Shown here: positions 50,211-61,822 of the stretch, in pieces
How positions within the stretch are numbered: the stretch's first letter is position 1
How the letters are laid out: the number at the start of each line of letters is the position of its first letter
Source of the DNA: Ramazzottius varieornatus
Lineage: Eukaryota > Animalia > Tardigrada
Direction: 5' to 3'
DNA: 64,000 nucleotides
NCBI GenBank assembly: GCA_001949185.1
Contig: BDGG01000017.1
Location: 62,001 to 126,000 of the forward strand
Program-made: the position numbers and the translations under genes
The notes under the pieces: model-generated
What the model saw: the letters and a program-made list of their open reading frames with translations, nothing else
Database searches by the model: none
What the model was told of the DNA's origin: nothing

Positions 50211-51882
50211 TCAAAAAGACTGCAGGTCTTGCAGAAAGTTTGTCAAATCTCGTTGCGAACTTCCATCAGGTTTTCTAGCCTCTGCAATAACGCTCTTCCA
50301 TTTTTGAGCTGCTTTGCCGTAGGTCGACTCCTTATCTTCCCCACTCTCTTCGTTCCATCCTGCGACCATCTTCACGTTATGAACAATCTCGGCAACGGGG
50401 ATAGTTCGCTGTGCGTGGAAGCCCGTACCCGGCAGCACCACGCCCATGGCCATGCTTTCCAATAATTCCGCGTCGGCTTTTTGGTCCGTGACGAAAGGCC
50501 ACCCAACCACCGGTACACCCATCGTCAAAGCTTCCAGTGTGCTATTCCATCCACAGTGGCTGACAAACACCGCTGTCGCTTCATGCCCGAGAATTACGGT
50601 CTGTGGTGTCCAAGAAAGAATAAGGAAATTCATGCCAGATATCAACTCAGGATGCCTCCTCATGTCCACCCTATATTCTTCGGGAAGTCCTTCAAAACTA
50701 GCCGCGTTCAAGGACCAAATAAAAGGTTTTCCTAGAGACAATAAGGCATCGAGAATTTCTTGAGCTTGTTCAGATTTGGTTGGGATGTGTGAACCAAAAG
50801 AGAAGTACACAACGGACTGCTCGGGCTGCTTGTCAAGCCATTTTGTGACTTGTTCGACGACGGCCTCACTTTCGTCCTCCCTTGTGTTGGTTTCAGGCAG
50901 AAGTGGGCCAGGAAGCCACATCTTCACGCTCTGCATTTCATCATAGCTCTCGAGACTGCGGAGGTAGGCTTCATCTATTTCCCGTATGGAATTGCAAACG
51001 ACACCGCGCACGTAAGGCAGACCACGCTTCCCTTCCAGTAAGGTGTCTTTAAAGGTCCCCGGTACATACTCCAAGGACTTCTGCCCTTCTCCCGGTACCT
51101 GCCGCAACATAAGGAATCATGATGTTGTGGAGCGATATTTGGGAGGCCGACAAACGAAACGCACACGATCGTCAGTTGAAGTGGCGCACGCTGCTGGTCA
51201 GTGACAACATGGCGGTGCGCCACTCGAGTAAGGAATCTAACAGAGCATCAAAGTGGCGCACTGTCTCAGCCATCGGCACCGTGAACGTGCGTCACCTAAA
51301 GAAAGCGATCTTGCAAATTATGTCTGGCGGCCTTGCTTCCGTCCTTGGCTTTACCTTCCAGAAAAATTTATCAGACTGGACATTCGTAGCCGGTGTATCT
51401 TCTTGCACAGCGATCATCATCAACAGCTGACCGGCATTGCCCGTACAAAAGTAGTAAGCCGGTATATGGTGAGAAGCGGCGAACCGGACCGGTTCTACAC
51501 CCCAGAAAACGTCGGAAATGATAACATCGAACTGTGCATGCTTGTCCTTGACACAGTGGCCGGTGCAGGCACAAAAGCCGGTAAAGGTTTCCTTGAGAAG
51601 GTTCCTGATGGCAGCCGCCCCCTGGTCGCGGTTGGTGTTGAAGGGAAAGGGTTGATTATTGTGATAAGGTGAGGGAGTGGGTGGTCCTATATCGATGGCG
51701 TCCATGACGTGCAACCTGATATTATGCAAAGGTGCACGGACCAGACGTTCTTCCACTAAAGCTGCAAAGCTGGCTTGGACTGCCAGCGTTACTTGATGAG
51801 ACGACGTTAGCCTTTTGGCGAATTCCAGTGCTGGGATAATGCAGCCCAAACCAGCAAACGGTAGCATCAAAATTCGTTTCAT
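50211..51882 (-). CDS. Soluble GT1 UDP-glycosyltransferase with PSPG-type box (exons 51882-51355, 51098-50211)
   Basis: N-terminal ILMLPFAGLGCIIP.LEFAKRL; WLDKQP..SVVY.SFGS; WTPQ..IL.H.....FVSHCGWNSTLE....GVP...WP...DQ; no signal peptide and no C-terminal TM. Confidence 0.92.
51179..51297. repeat. Two AAGTGGCGCA-N27-TGCGCCACTT units in UGT intron 51099-51354
   Basis: Arms at 51179-88/51216-25 and 51251-60/51288-97; 27-nt spacers. Confidence 0.88.
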
Positions 51883-52109
51883 TCTTCAGTGAGAGCAGGT
51901 TTCACTGTAAACTGATGTTGCGGCCGTTGGGAATACGAATCCAGGTATGGTGGGAGAACTGACTAAACGAAATGCTATGATAGACAAAAATTACGTCAAC
52001 GAGTCACTCGTGCCCAGACTGTAGAAAGGATACGAGACGAAATGCAGTCAGTAGCGCACTAGCTTTACGAAATCGAAAGATACGAGGTTATCAAAAGTGA
52101 TAACGAGTA

Positions 52110-52399
52110 CGAGGGAAAGGTTGTAAAGTTAGCCGTCTAAGTTCGCCTGTTCTCTACTACTCAATCCCAAACTTTTAAGGATAGATCGATAGATAAAATA
52201 ACGAGCTGTCGAATGGTGTTAGCCACAGTCAAGACGACGAGTCAGAGAATCCGAGAGATCCGCAATTAAAAGAACGATGAAATCTCATGTTAAAAAGCCA
52301 AGACTGACAATCAAATAGTCAATCAAGCGATAGACGCTACAGCCGTGGCTGACTTTACAAACCCGGTATGAGGTGGCTGAGTTTACAACCTTTACCTCA
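52110..52399. mobile_element. mariner-like MITE family B, copy 2 (inverted; ~230 bp upstream of the UGT start)
   Basis: Reverse complement of 45760-46077 lacking one subterminal sub-repeat; TA flanks. Confidence 0.85.
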
Positions 52400-54070
52400 T
52401 ACTGCAGATCTACATGGCGGCAAAGTGTTGGCCGACAGTCATATTTAAACTACTGTTTTACTGCTGAATACGACCTTAAAGCAAAACCTATCTATAGATC
52501 GATCAGTGTGAGGATAGGTAGAAGACAGTCGTCGGTAACTGGCAAGAGCACTTTCGTGTTTTTGTTTTGCGTTTGTTGTGACTCTACGCAAGTGGGCCGG
52601 TGAGCTCGATCCAAAAGCGCATCAACAAAGCTTCGACCCTCACTGCAGGTCAAGATGACAACATCTTATGCATAGGGCCAGGAAAATGGAGAGGGCCGGG
52701 AAAATGACGCGCAGCTTGCTTACATTACATACGACTGTCGTCAACAGGATTGACTGAGGCCCTGGCTCATGATCATCAGGTTTATTTCCGAGTATGGAGA
52801 GTTGGAAATACGAGCAGGAAACGTCCCTTACATTTCTAGGGTGTTCATGCACTTTTATTCGTTACTGATACGACCTTAACCCGAGCGAGCTCACCGAGAC
52901 AGGAAGTAATTAATTTTATTCACGTTATTCGTGTCGTACGCGGAACCCGCCCTTCACTGTCTTGCATGTGGCGAATTTCCAAAGATCAAGCTTATCAGTA
53001 TAACATTTGCTGATAATTATAGAAGTGCCGAATGCAATAAGTCCAGCATGAACATGCCTCGTTTCTATGTATATTACCCGCATGACGGCCAACAGTCACT
53101 TTTTGGCTTGATCACCCGACAGAACTCCCTCACCAACGTCAGGACTCGAGAGTCTGAAGCAACCGTCATAACATTTGCAACCGCCTGATGTGATGCTTTC
53201 GAACGGACACACACTGCAAAAAACAGATACAGTCTCCGATAAAACAGAGTGAGTAAAAGAATGACGAGAAGCCAGTTGATAATCTCCGGAAGTAGCGCAG
53301 TTCCTCTGCTTATCGATCGGTAAAGTGCGTCAATCGAGATAACGATCGTCCCTGGGATGTTTGTCGGCCTCCCAAATGCGGATCTTGCGACGCACTCTTA
53401 ATAGCCGCTTCATAATTAGAATGAGGACTCTCAGTTCTTAGTCGGGGACACTCAACAAACGAATACAATCTCCGAAAGGTGGTCATATTGTTACGATGGA
53501 CGAGTCGGGAACTCGTCCCAGAAGACCAAGTGACCCAACATAATTGGTAAATCTCAGCCATTTCTGTCCTTTGGGTTGGTAGATGAGTTTGCAACCAGGA
53601 ATCTCCCTGCCCCATCGCTAAAAATTGGCATAGGAAAAAGTGAAAACGACGGTGGAGTAGCAAAAAGTCCTGATCGGAAATATCAGTGAACTCACACAGA
53701 GGAAGTTTTTTCCTGAGCCTCATTTGTCCAGAATGAACAGAATGGCTCCATGTTTGTATCTTCTATTAAATGTTGCATGAATTTGGTGGGTCGAGGAACC
53801 TCCCATCTAAACTTCAATCTACTTATGCTCGATTAACAAATCCAACCTTTGGTTCGACCTTGGGTTTTGCTTTTGCTTTATTTTTCACGCATGACAGGTG
53901 AAAAAAAGAGCGGGGACGCAACCATCCATTGCTGTACAAAAGCATATCAGTTACATCAAGTGACGTCGACTCGAGGTGCGAGCAAGCAATTGATCATGAG
54001 ATCAGAAAGGTCAGTATCACATCAAAGCTTCTGCCGGGGACAAGAGGGAGTATTTTGGTACCCAGAACGA

Positions 54071-54523
54071 TTATCTTGCGCTGAGGAGAGATGGAGGTCT
54101 GAAAATCCTTACCGGACCATTCCTCGCGGGACCGCGTAGGAATAGTTCAGTTCCGTGTGATGATATCTCCGGTATAGAGCGCTCTAAACGAGTAAATAAA
54201 TGAGGATGAAAAATGGAGGTATGAAAGTAAGGACGGTTTTCTTACTAGTGTAGAGGCCGGCACAGCAGCGGTAATAGTGTGGTGTTCCGCACAAACTGTT
54301 GCAGCTGCGGGCGCATCGTTGACCACAGGGCGTGTCGATCGGTAGCGTATCCAAATGCTTCGCTAGTGAACGACATTGAACAGTCTGACACATCACACAA
54401 TAGACAACCAGTGTCCGAAGGACCGTAGATTCTAGAAAGTGCGTGAAGATATTAGAGACAATTAATAGTTGCACAGGAAATAGATGTGATGCAAAGGCAA
54501 ATGGCATCATCCTTACTGTTCAT
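54071..54523 (-). CDS. Trissin: Trissin-like neuropeptide precursor (exons 54523-54517, 54431-54246, 54183-; 3' end uncertain)
   Basis: Signal-like MNKSTVLRTLVVYCVMCQTVQC; CGQRCARSCNSLCGTPHYYRCCAGLYT followed by KR formed across the splice. Six Cys with CGT.H...CC, as in insect trissin. Confidence 0.82.
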
Positions 54524-57059
54524 TTTAAAGACCGAAGGAAAGAGCTTTCCGGCCAATTTTGAAGAACAAAGCGCAAAATTAAAGGGGTAACCCTATGGAA
54601 AATCTGTGACAGAAAGTGGAGGAACTTCGGCAAACGACACGATTTGATACTGGGAAGGGTTAGCGATGGTGCAAGACGCGAAGGGTTGGAATGAGAGAAG
54701 GTAGTGGAATTACCAAAGAACTTTTATAGGCGGTACGGATTATGAACTTGGACCTTGGGAGAAAGCCTAGCTCCAGGTTAAATAGGCATTATCAATTTTG
54801 TAGAAGGAGCGGGACTGGACGTTATTGCCGAAGTAGCTGCTGAAGGAGTTGCCAGTTCCAGCCAGCGCCCACATGAGGTGAGGTACAAGGGTAAGTGTAG
54901 GCGACGCCCTGACTAACTGGTCGCCTACATTTCATCCATATTGCAAGGATGATCCGAACCGCGCAAAAGTAGACTACCACAAACATCACGCCGAGCAATC
55001 TCTTAGGCTCTGTGGAACATGCCATATGATTGAAAGCGAAAAAGGGTATTTCGGGAAAGCTAGGTGGTCGTCTGCTTTCTGCCTGCAGGACATATGTAAT
55101 ATGTTCGGTCGGAAAGAGGCCTCTTCCCTAACATCATTTCTCTTGCTGCAAGCAACGCAGACAGATGAGGTGATTTCGAAAAGGTTTTGCAAAATAAAAT
55201 TGAAAGTGGTAATCAAGTATTCAAAAATCAAAACAGCTATGTGTAGGGTAGAAAGATGAGTATTCATCTACACGGTCCCATTCTGTCAGTCATTTCGAAT
55301 GTAAACCGGCGCAGAATGTTTAAAAAGGTCGGTACATGTTTACAGTCGACCCCATTGATTAATATTGGCCTGTGGGTGAGCTGGTCTCCACGAAGAAGCT
55401 TTGGCGCTCCAGATCTAATCGCCAGATTAAGCCTGGACGGAAGGCCATCAAGTGACGTCATAACGACCCGCCAACCAATAAAAAGAAAGTCAGGCCCTGC
55501 CGCTGCGTTTTCTCTTGCGTGGCAGGTACAGTTTTGATACTTTTATCCGTCACTCGTTCGAAATGCAGGACGATTTCATGAAACTTATCTCGGACTAGCC
55601 ATACTTTCATGTCTGGCTAACCACAGGCGTTATATATAATTACACCGTGCAGCAACAAATCATTCAATATCTCAAGGGCGATGCAGTGGTATCGCTGGTG
55701 AAACCACAGCGGTTGACCCATCTACTCCATTTTTACGAGACAGACCGCGGGCCAGAAGCGCGCTCCTACATCCAGTAATCATGACCTTTTTTCATGCCGC
55801 CTCCTTCTCATTCACATCAGATCGACGATCGCAGAGCGTACCGATCTCGAATCGAACCCTGCAAAGTTTCAACATCTCCGTATCTCAACACAAGACAAAC
55901 AAGACTGAGCTTCCGGCGGCGGCTACACGATTAAGAACAAAAAGATTCCCGTGCTTAGCGAAGCAGAATGTACGTCTGGATGTCAAGTTTCCAGCAAGGT
56001 AAGCAGCACCTCTGAAAGGCTGGCTGGAAACCATTGTGACATCGGTGGTGCGAGTACACCCGATGAATGCCTTTTTTAACTTGAAGGGAAACTTTGCCAA
56101 CCGAAACCGGCTAGCCAAGCCAGAGCCTGCTTACCAGAAGGAAAGCCAAAGCAATGCCACTCTATAGGGGCATTGGCCAAAGCCCTGGTGCTGCGGCCGG
56201 TCTCGACGACTTCTTCCTCACGTTCGCTGGTTGAGTCCACCATCAGTTCCACCTTCATCGCGGAAGCCCTCACTCCAATCTCCTTCTGCATTAGATCCAG
56301 AAAGCTTTAGAGCTTTTGAAAGCTGTGAGTGTAAACTGGGCTTTTCGAGTTGTGATGTCAGTTACTGCCATCCATCAGCTCGTTGGACGCATCCAAAAGA
56401 AGCAAAACGTTTGTTTGTCCAAATGTTTAATCGACTATAGACGGCAAGCTATCATTACGAGGAGAATATAGCGGACTTGTCAATGCAAAATCGCATGGCC
56501 AACTTGTCATCGTCGGATCTGACGAAGTAGTGGGTCGTTTTGGTTGCTTCTCGGTTCTTTAGCTAGAACAAACCTGAAAAGACGATAACTGTAACATCTC
56601 TTCCGCTAGCGCTGAGCCCTCTATCGCTTCTAAATTTAACACTTATTGTACTGTTAACTTGGCTTGTGTGGAAAGTTTAATTGCATCGATAGGTTTCATT
56701 CAGAGAACGGTACTGTACTCTTGATATTACGTCACCACGATGCTTTAATGGACCGGACAATGGTGGTGTTAAGTAGACGCTGATATCAGCATAAAGTCTG
56801 TTTTCTTTGTTGCTAAACGTTACCGGAAGTGCCAATTGCTGACCAGAAGAATAAGATGATACTCCAAGGCCATGGCCAAGTTCATATTATTCTCTGGCTA
56901 TCGACATCAGCAGCAGTAACCATCAGTCTACAACTACAATGAGAAACGTCGATTACCGTCATTTCTAACTTACACATCGTCGATACCAGGGACTCTTTTT
57001 AATCTTAATCTCTTCAATTCTGCGGAAACTGAATGCACTTGAAGCGTCTCCCTAGTACA

Positions 57060-58367
57060 ATGGCTCTACCGCCTTCTTCCCTGGTCATACTATTTTCCGT
57101 CGCCATTTCGGGAGTGAAGTGTCGGACACAGAGTTCCTCCTTCCATGCCCTTTCCAAGCGCCAAACGTTCAACCAACAATCCTACCAGTTCTCTCTCTCC
57201 AACTGTGGTCCAGGCACCAGCGTCGGCACTGTTTCCGCCACGTCCAACGGCCAGCCTCTCGGCTACACCCTGGACCCGGCCTCTGTCTACGGCATGTACG
57301 TCCGTGTGGACTACCTGACCGGCCAGATCACAATGACCACGGTCCCAGTCGCCCAGTCCACCTTCACCTTCAACGTGGTGGCCGCCACGTCCAATGGCGT
57401 CGTGTCAGTGCCCGTGACCGTCACCTGCAGCGGAATCGCCACAAATAACGGCCCAATTTCTTGTTCTCCTGGACTCTTCTTCTGTAATTTCGCCAACACC
57501 ATTCCTGGTACCGGTGGCTCGTCCACCACCACCGGACAATTCACTCAACCCTCCTACACGTTCACCGCCACCAACTGCGCATCGGGCTCTACAGTGGGTA
57601 CTGTTTCTGCCACTGGAGCCACCAGTTACGTGATCAGTAGCGGAAACACAGGTCAGTTCACCATCTCATCGTCCGGTGCCATCACCGCCAACAATCAGCT
57701 GACCACTGGTACCTCCGCTACCTTCTACGTTACCGCCTACTCCGCCACCGGGGCTTCCCCTGCGGTACCCGTAACCGTGACAGCTGCCTGTTCCGCCACA
57801 GGAACAGGCACGGGGTCTTTTCTTCAGCCGTCGTACGCGTTCACCACCCCGACTTGCACAGCCGGTACAGCTGTCGGTACAGTAACTGCCAGCGGTGCCG
57901 GCGGCTCATACCAACTGGACTCTGGTTCGACCTCTCAGTTCTCCATTTCCAACACCGGCCAGATCACGCTCAATACCGCCGTAGCGGCAGGCACATACAC
58001 TGTTACCGCGTACGCCAATGGCAATTTACAAGCCGGTGTTCCTGTTACGGTTACAGTTACATGTAGCGGTACAGGCGGCAGCACTGGAGTGAATATAAAC
58101 CTGCCGCGATTCAACCAGCCTTTCTATTCTTTCACGCTAACATCTTGCACAGGTTCCTCGACAGTAGGAAGCGTCGTTGCCAACAACGCAGCTTCTTACT
58201 CTATCGGTCAAATGAGCAACTTTTTTACGGTTAGCAATAGCGGGAGTATTACTACAGTTGGCACGCTGAGCCCCGGTGTTTACTCCCCCACTGTGGTGGC
58301 GACCAGCAGCACCGGCGGTCAGGTGGCTATTCCTATTACCGTGTATGTAACTTGTAATAATGGTTGA
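57060..58367 (+). CDS. Intronless secreted Thr/Ser/Gly-rich protein with four cadherin-like repeats (alternative start 57033)
   Basis: Signal MALPPSSLVILFSVAISGVKC; KR-Q; four repeats F.Q..Y.F....C..G..VG.V.A....Y.......F.I...G.IT......F/Y.V.A......VPVTV.C. Confidence 0.85.
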   Translation: MALPPSSLVILFSVAISGVKCRTQSSSFHALSKRQTFNQQSYQFSLSNCGPGTSVGTVSATSNGQPLGYTLDPASVYGMYVRVDYLTGQITMTTVPVAQSTFTFNVVAATSNGVVSVPVTVTCSGIATNNGPISCSPGLFFCNFANTIPGTGGSSTTTGQFTQPSYTFTATNCASGSTVGTVSATGATSYVISSGNTGQFTISSSGAITANNQLTTGTSATFYVTAYSATGASPAVPVTVTAACSATGTGTGSFLQPSYAFTTPTCTAGTAVGTVTASGAGGSYQLDSGSTSQFSISNTGQITLNTAVAAGTYTVTAYANGNLQAGVPVTVTVTCSGTGGSTGVNINLPRFNQPFYSFTLTSCTGSSTVGSVVANNAASYSIGQMSNFFTVSNSGSITTVGTLSPGVYSPTVVATSSTGGQVAIPITVYVTCNNG

Positions 58368-58709
58368 TGGTTGTTCCTTGTGCCACCAAACTTTTCAGTA
58401 TATATAGCTGCTCTCGCACACCGTAATATCTGGAAATTCGAACGAAGACCTCTCGATCATATAAACTTTTCGTGTATCAACCACCTCTGAGCACGGCCTT
58501 GATAAGAAATCACTGGCCGTCATGGCCGTGCCTGTCGACGGCGCGTCCTCCTGCCTCTGACCAGCTGGTTGAACAGTTTAATTTCTCGGGACTCGGGAGT
58601 CTAGACTGTCTCCTCTCCCGCTTTATCGGTTTATCCTTCGCTTGCTTCGCAAATTCCGTCAGTTCTCCACTGCTGCAGAATCGTTCAGGCAATCAAGTTT
58701 TGCAGGAAG

Positions 58710-60396
58710 ATGGAGATCATGCACAGAAGCTCCATGGACACGGGATCGTACGCCGCGTGCTGTTCATATCTGCCGGACGGAAGTCTACTCTGTGGCACCT
58801 ACCAGTTGCAAGACAAGTCCACTAACACCTCCGAAGAACATCGCTTGGGAAACGTTTTGCACTTCACTCATGGAAATGACGGTGAGGTAGGTTTACTTCA
58901 GTCAATGACACCTACATCTGGTATTCTTGACATTCAAGTGAAAGACAATCTCGCTTCCGTCATGCTGGCCGATGGCACTGTCAGTTTCCTCGGTCTCTCT
59001 AACTCCTTCCGACTTAATCTTCACGAAGACCAGATCGACAAAAGCTTCGCAGAGGTTCAGCAAAACGTTTCAGTCGTGTCGGAAGGACTGTGTTTGGCCG
59101 GAGCTTGGTCAGACGGTAAGGTAAGCTGGAAAATTTAGAAGCGTTCCTGTATATGTGTTTCTCGTGAAAACTTGCTATTGGGCTCAGATGATGACGTCAT
59201 GCGCAGCGCATGCCTGCGGCTGTGTGGAATGTGTGCGCCAGCGCATGGTTGCGCTCCGCCTGTTCGATTCTGACTTATTTCCGTCTCTACGTTATTTTCA
59301 ACGGACGGTATCTTTGCAGATTCCCGCATGGCAGTATCAGACTCGAAGGGTGGAGTGTCTCTCATAAAGAAAGGCGAGCACTCTTTCGGCGTATCGAACC
59401 ACAAGGACAATGTCCATGAGTACGAAGTATGGAGTGTTTGCTGGGACTGTAAAAACAATGACGTTCTTTACAGTGGTAAGGCTTGATTTTGTGCTCCTTC
59501 CGCGAAGGCAGATAGTCGACTTTTTGGATTTTTGTTTACAGGAGCCGATGACAGTTTCTTGAAGATGCATGACTTGCGAAGTGATTCTGCGGTGGTGACT
59601 GTGAAGGGACATGACGCCGGTGTGACGAGTGTGGTGAGTTCGAGCTCGATGGAGAATACCTTGATAACTGGCAGGTGAGTTATTGAAGAACTACCAGATT
59701 TACAAGGTAGTGGTTTGTACGGTTTTTTTGTCGTGTTAGTTATGACGAGCATATTCGTTCCTGGGACAAACGGATGCTGAAATCGGCGAGCGCTACGCTG
59801 AAACTGGGAGGTGGCGTATGGAGGATCAAGGCTAGCCCGGAAGACGACACTCTTCTGGCTTGTGCATGCATGCATAGTGGAGCCAGGATAGTTCGGCTGA
59901 ACGAAACTGGTATGTTTAGATGCGCTAATCTTACTCTGTGGCGTGAAAGGGGTGAATTTTACGTTCAAAGTAAAATGGAAGCTCCTGGGAGCTCAGCAAA
60001 AAAATTCGGCATGATCGTTTTTCCAGCTGGCGCACGCTCTAACCTAATAACGTTGCTGACGTGCGTCACTTGGAGAAGTATCTTGTGCAAATACAGTATT
60101 TGCCGAGCTCTCGGATTGTGTTTTACGTTTTCTAATCGAGTAGATTTTTGGTTGATGACTTCAGTGATTCGGGACTTAGCTTGAGACTGATTGCAGGTTT
60201 CGTTCTGCAACATAGTTTTATGGAAGGTAGACAACTGGTCTACGGCATAGACTGGTGTCCGACGAGGAGGCCCAAGAACCGAAAGCCAGACGGCAAGACT
60301 ACAAATGGCGAAGCGCATTTTCTTGCCGCTTGCTCTTTTTATGATCATATTTTGGACATTTACTCTTTCTTACCGAGCCGAAGCTCGATTGAATAG
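58710..60396 (+). CDS. DPH7: Diphthine methyl ester hydrolase DPH7/WDR85 (WD40, multi-exon)
   Basis: LLCGTYQL...RLG, GILDI, HEYEVW, SGADD..LK..DLR, HDAGVTS, TGSYDEHI..WD.R, LGGGVWRIK, ACMHSGA, LVYGIDW, CSFYDH. Confidence 0.9.
60025..60071. repeat. One AAGTGGCGCA-N27-TGCGCCACTT-type unit in DPH7 intron 59910-60196
   Basis: AGCTGGCGCA 60025-34 / TGCGTCACTT 60062-71; 27-nt spacer. Confidence 0.8.
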
Positions 60397-61822
60397 TAAA
60401 GCTATTCCCGTCGCTCATGACACCCGTGCGGCTTCCGCCTCAGTAAAGGCCAACGGGATGTCGAGGCCGGATACCGTCATCAACAGCCGGAAACCGCGAG
60501 GTAATGTGTCCTTTCTGTGATTCTCCCTTCGATCTCTTGACAGTTTTTCTCACGTAATCTTTTGCAGCCGGAAGCTCAGATGTAATTATAGTCCTTCGAG
60601 GAGCCGGTCCTACAGCATCGATGGACTGTTCAAGCGACCCGCGGAGTATTGGTCAGTATAATTATATCGGTGTATGGTCTCTGAATTCGCTCCGTATCTT
60701 AAATATTCTGGTACTTGACAAAACTTTGTAGTGTATGAATCCAACGAGTCAAGTCACGATCTTAAACGATATTTAAAAATTCGAACGAATGCATCTAGTG
60801 TAGTTTGATACAATAATTTTGGTTCGTCGAGCAATATGGTTCGCCGCAGATTTGTGACTGCTCGAACGAACTAGATTTCCTTTTGGAGGACAATGGTAGA
60901 AAGCAAAAGTATGTCTCGAAGAGCTCACGGGCGATTTACGACGAGGTAAGGCATTGTTCGGTTTTGTTCGTAGCTTTTATCGGTCTTTGTGAGCGGACTC
61001 GATTTCGGTAAACTTGCTTGCAGAAATCAGGTCTACGCGTTTTCCTACTCTCTTTGTGTAGTACTTTTTCCGCAGCCCGGTAATAAGCGTATTTGGTATG
61101 AAGCTGACGAAGCCCGCGGGGAAATGACGGCGGTATTAACGGATCAAGAATGGAATGCGTGATTGTAAAACCCGTACGTGGTAGAGTGCTCGCGACGGAA
61201 CTGCGTCATTCAAGCTTACACTTATCAGCGGTTGTAAGTTAACCTTTGCCGCTGTACCAGGCCCTGGCAATCCAGTTTGCGTTTTGTATGAGGAAGTTCG
61301 TCGTATTCTGAGTGCACAACGACGTTAACAAGCAGCAGCCAAGAAAGTCGATCACGATTATCGTACAAATTTACGCTGCTGTTTTCTCTCTTGTTTGACA
61401 AGGTTATACACGCTGTGCTGAGCTGCAAAGGCTTATGCGAGGCGGGCCATATGACTGGACGAAGCGGTTCCTTCACCTTTCCATAATCAATCGTACTGTC
61501 TGCTTGATTTAGTAAATAACAGTCTAGTTTGTCGAGGCGATTTGGATTCTTTGCCTCAGCTTCGTCGCTCACCGTTTCGCCTCGTTCATTTCGTACCTTC
61601 AATATTTTCATTCAACTTTTTTTCATTCGGGATCACGCTTTCACGATGCAGACACCTTTTCTCTCACTATCTTCCCCATCTACTCCTGCAACTATGTAGC
61701 AAGACTTTCAAGGACAGGACCGAGCTCAACAGGCATCCATTGTCTCGTATTCGTCACGAAGAGCAAAGGCGGTTGGACGAGCACAGCCATGCTCTGATTG
61801 ATCCTGCCTGAATAACCTACAG

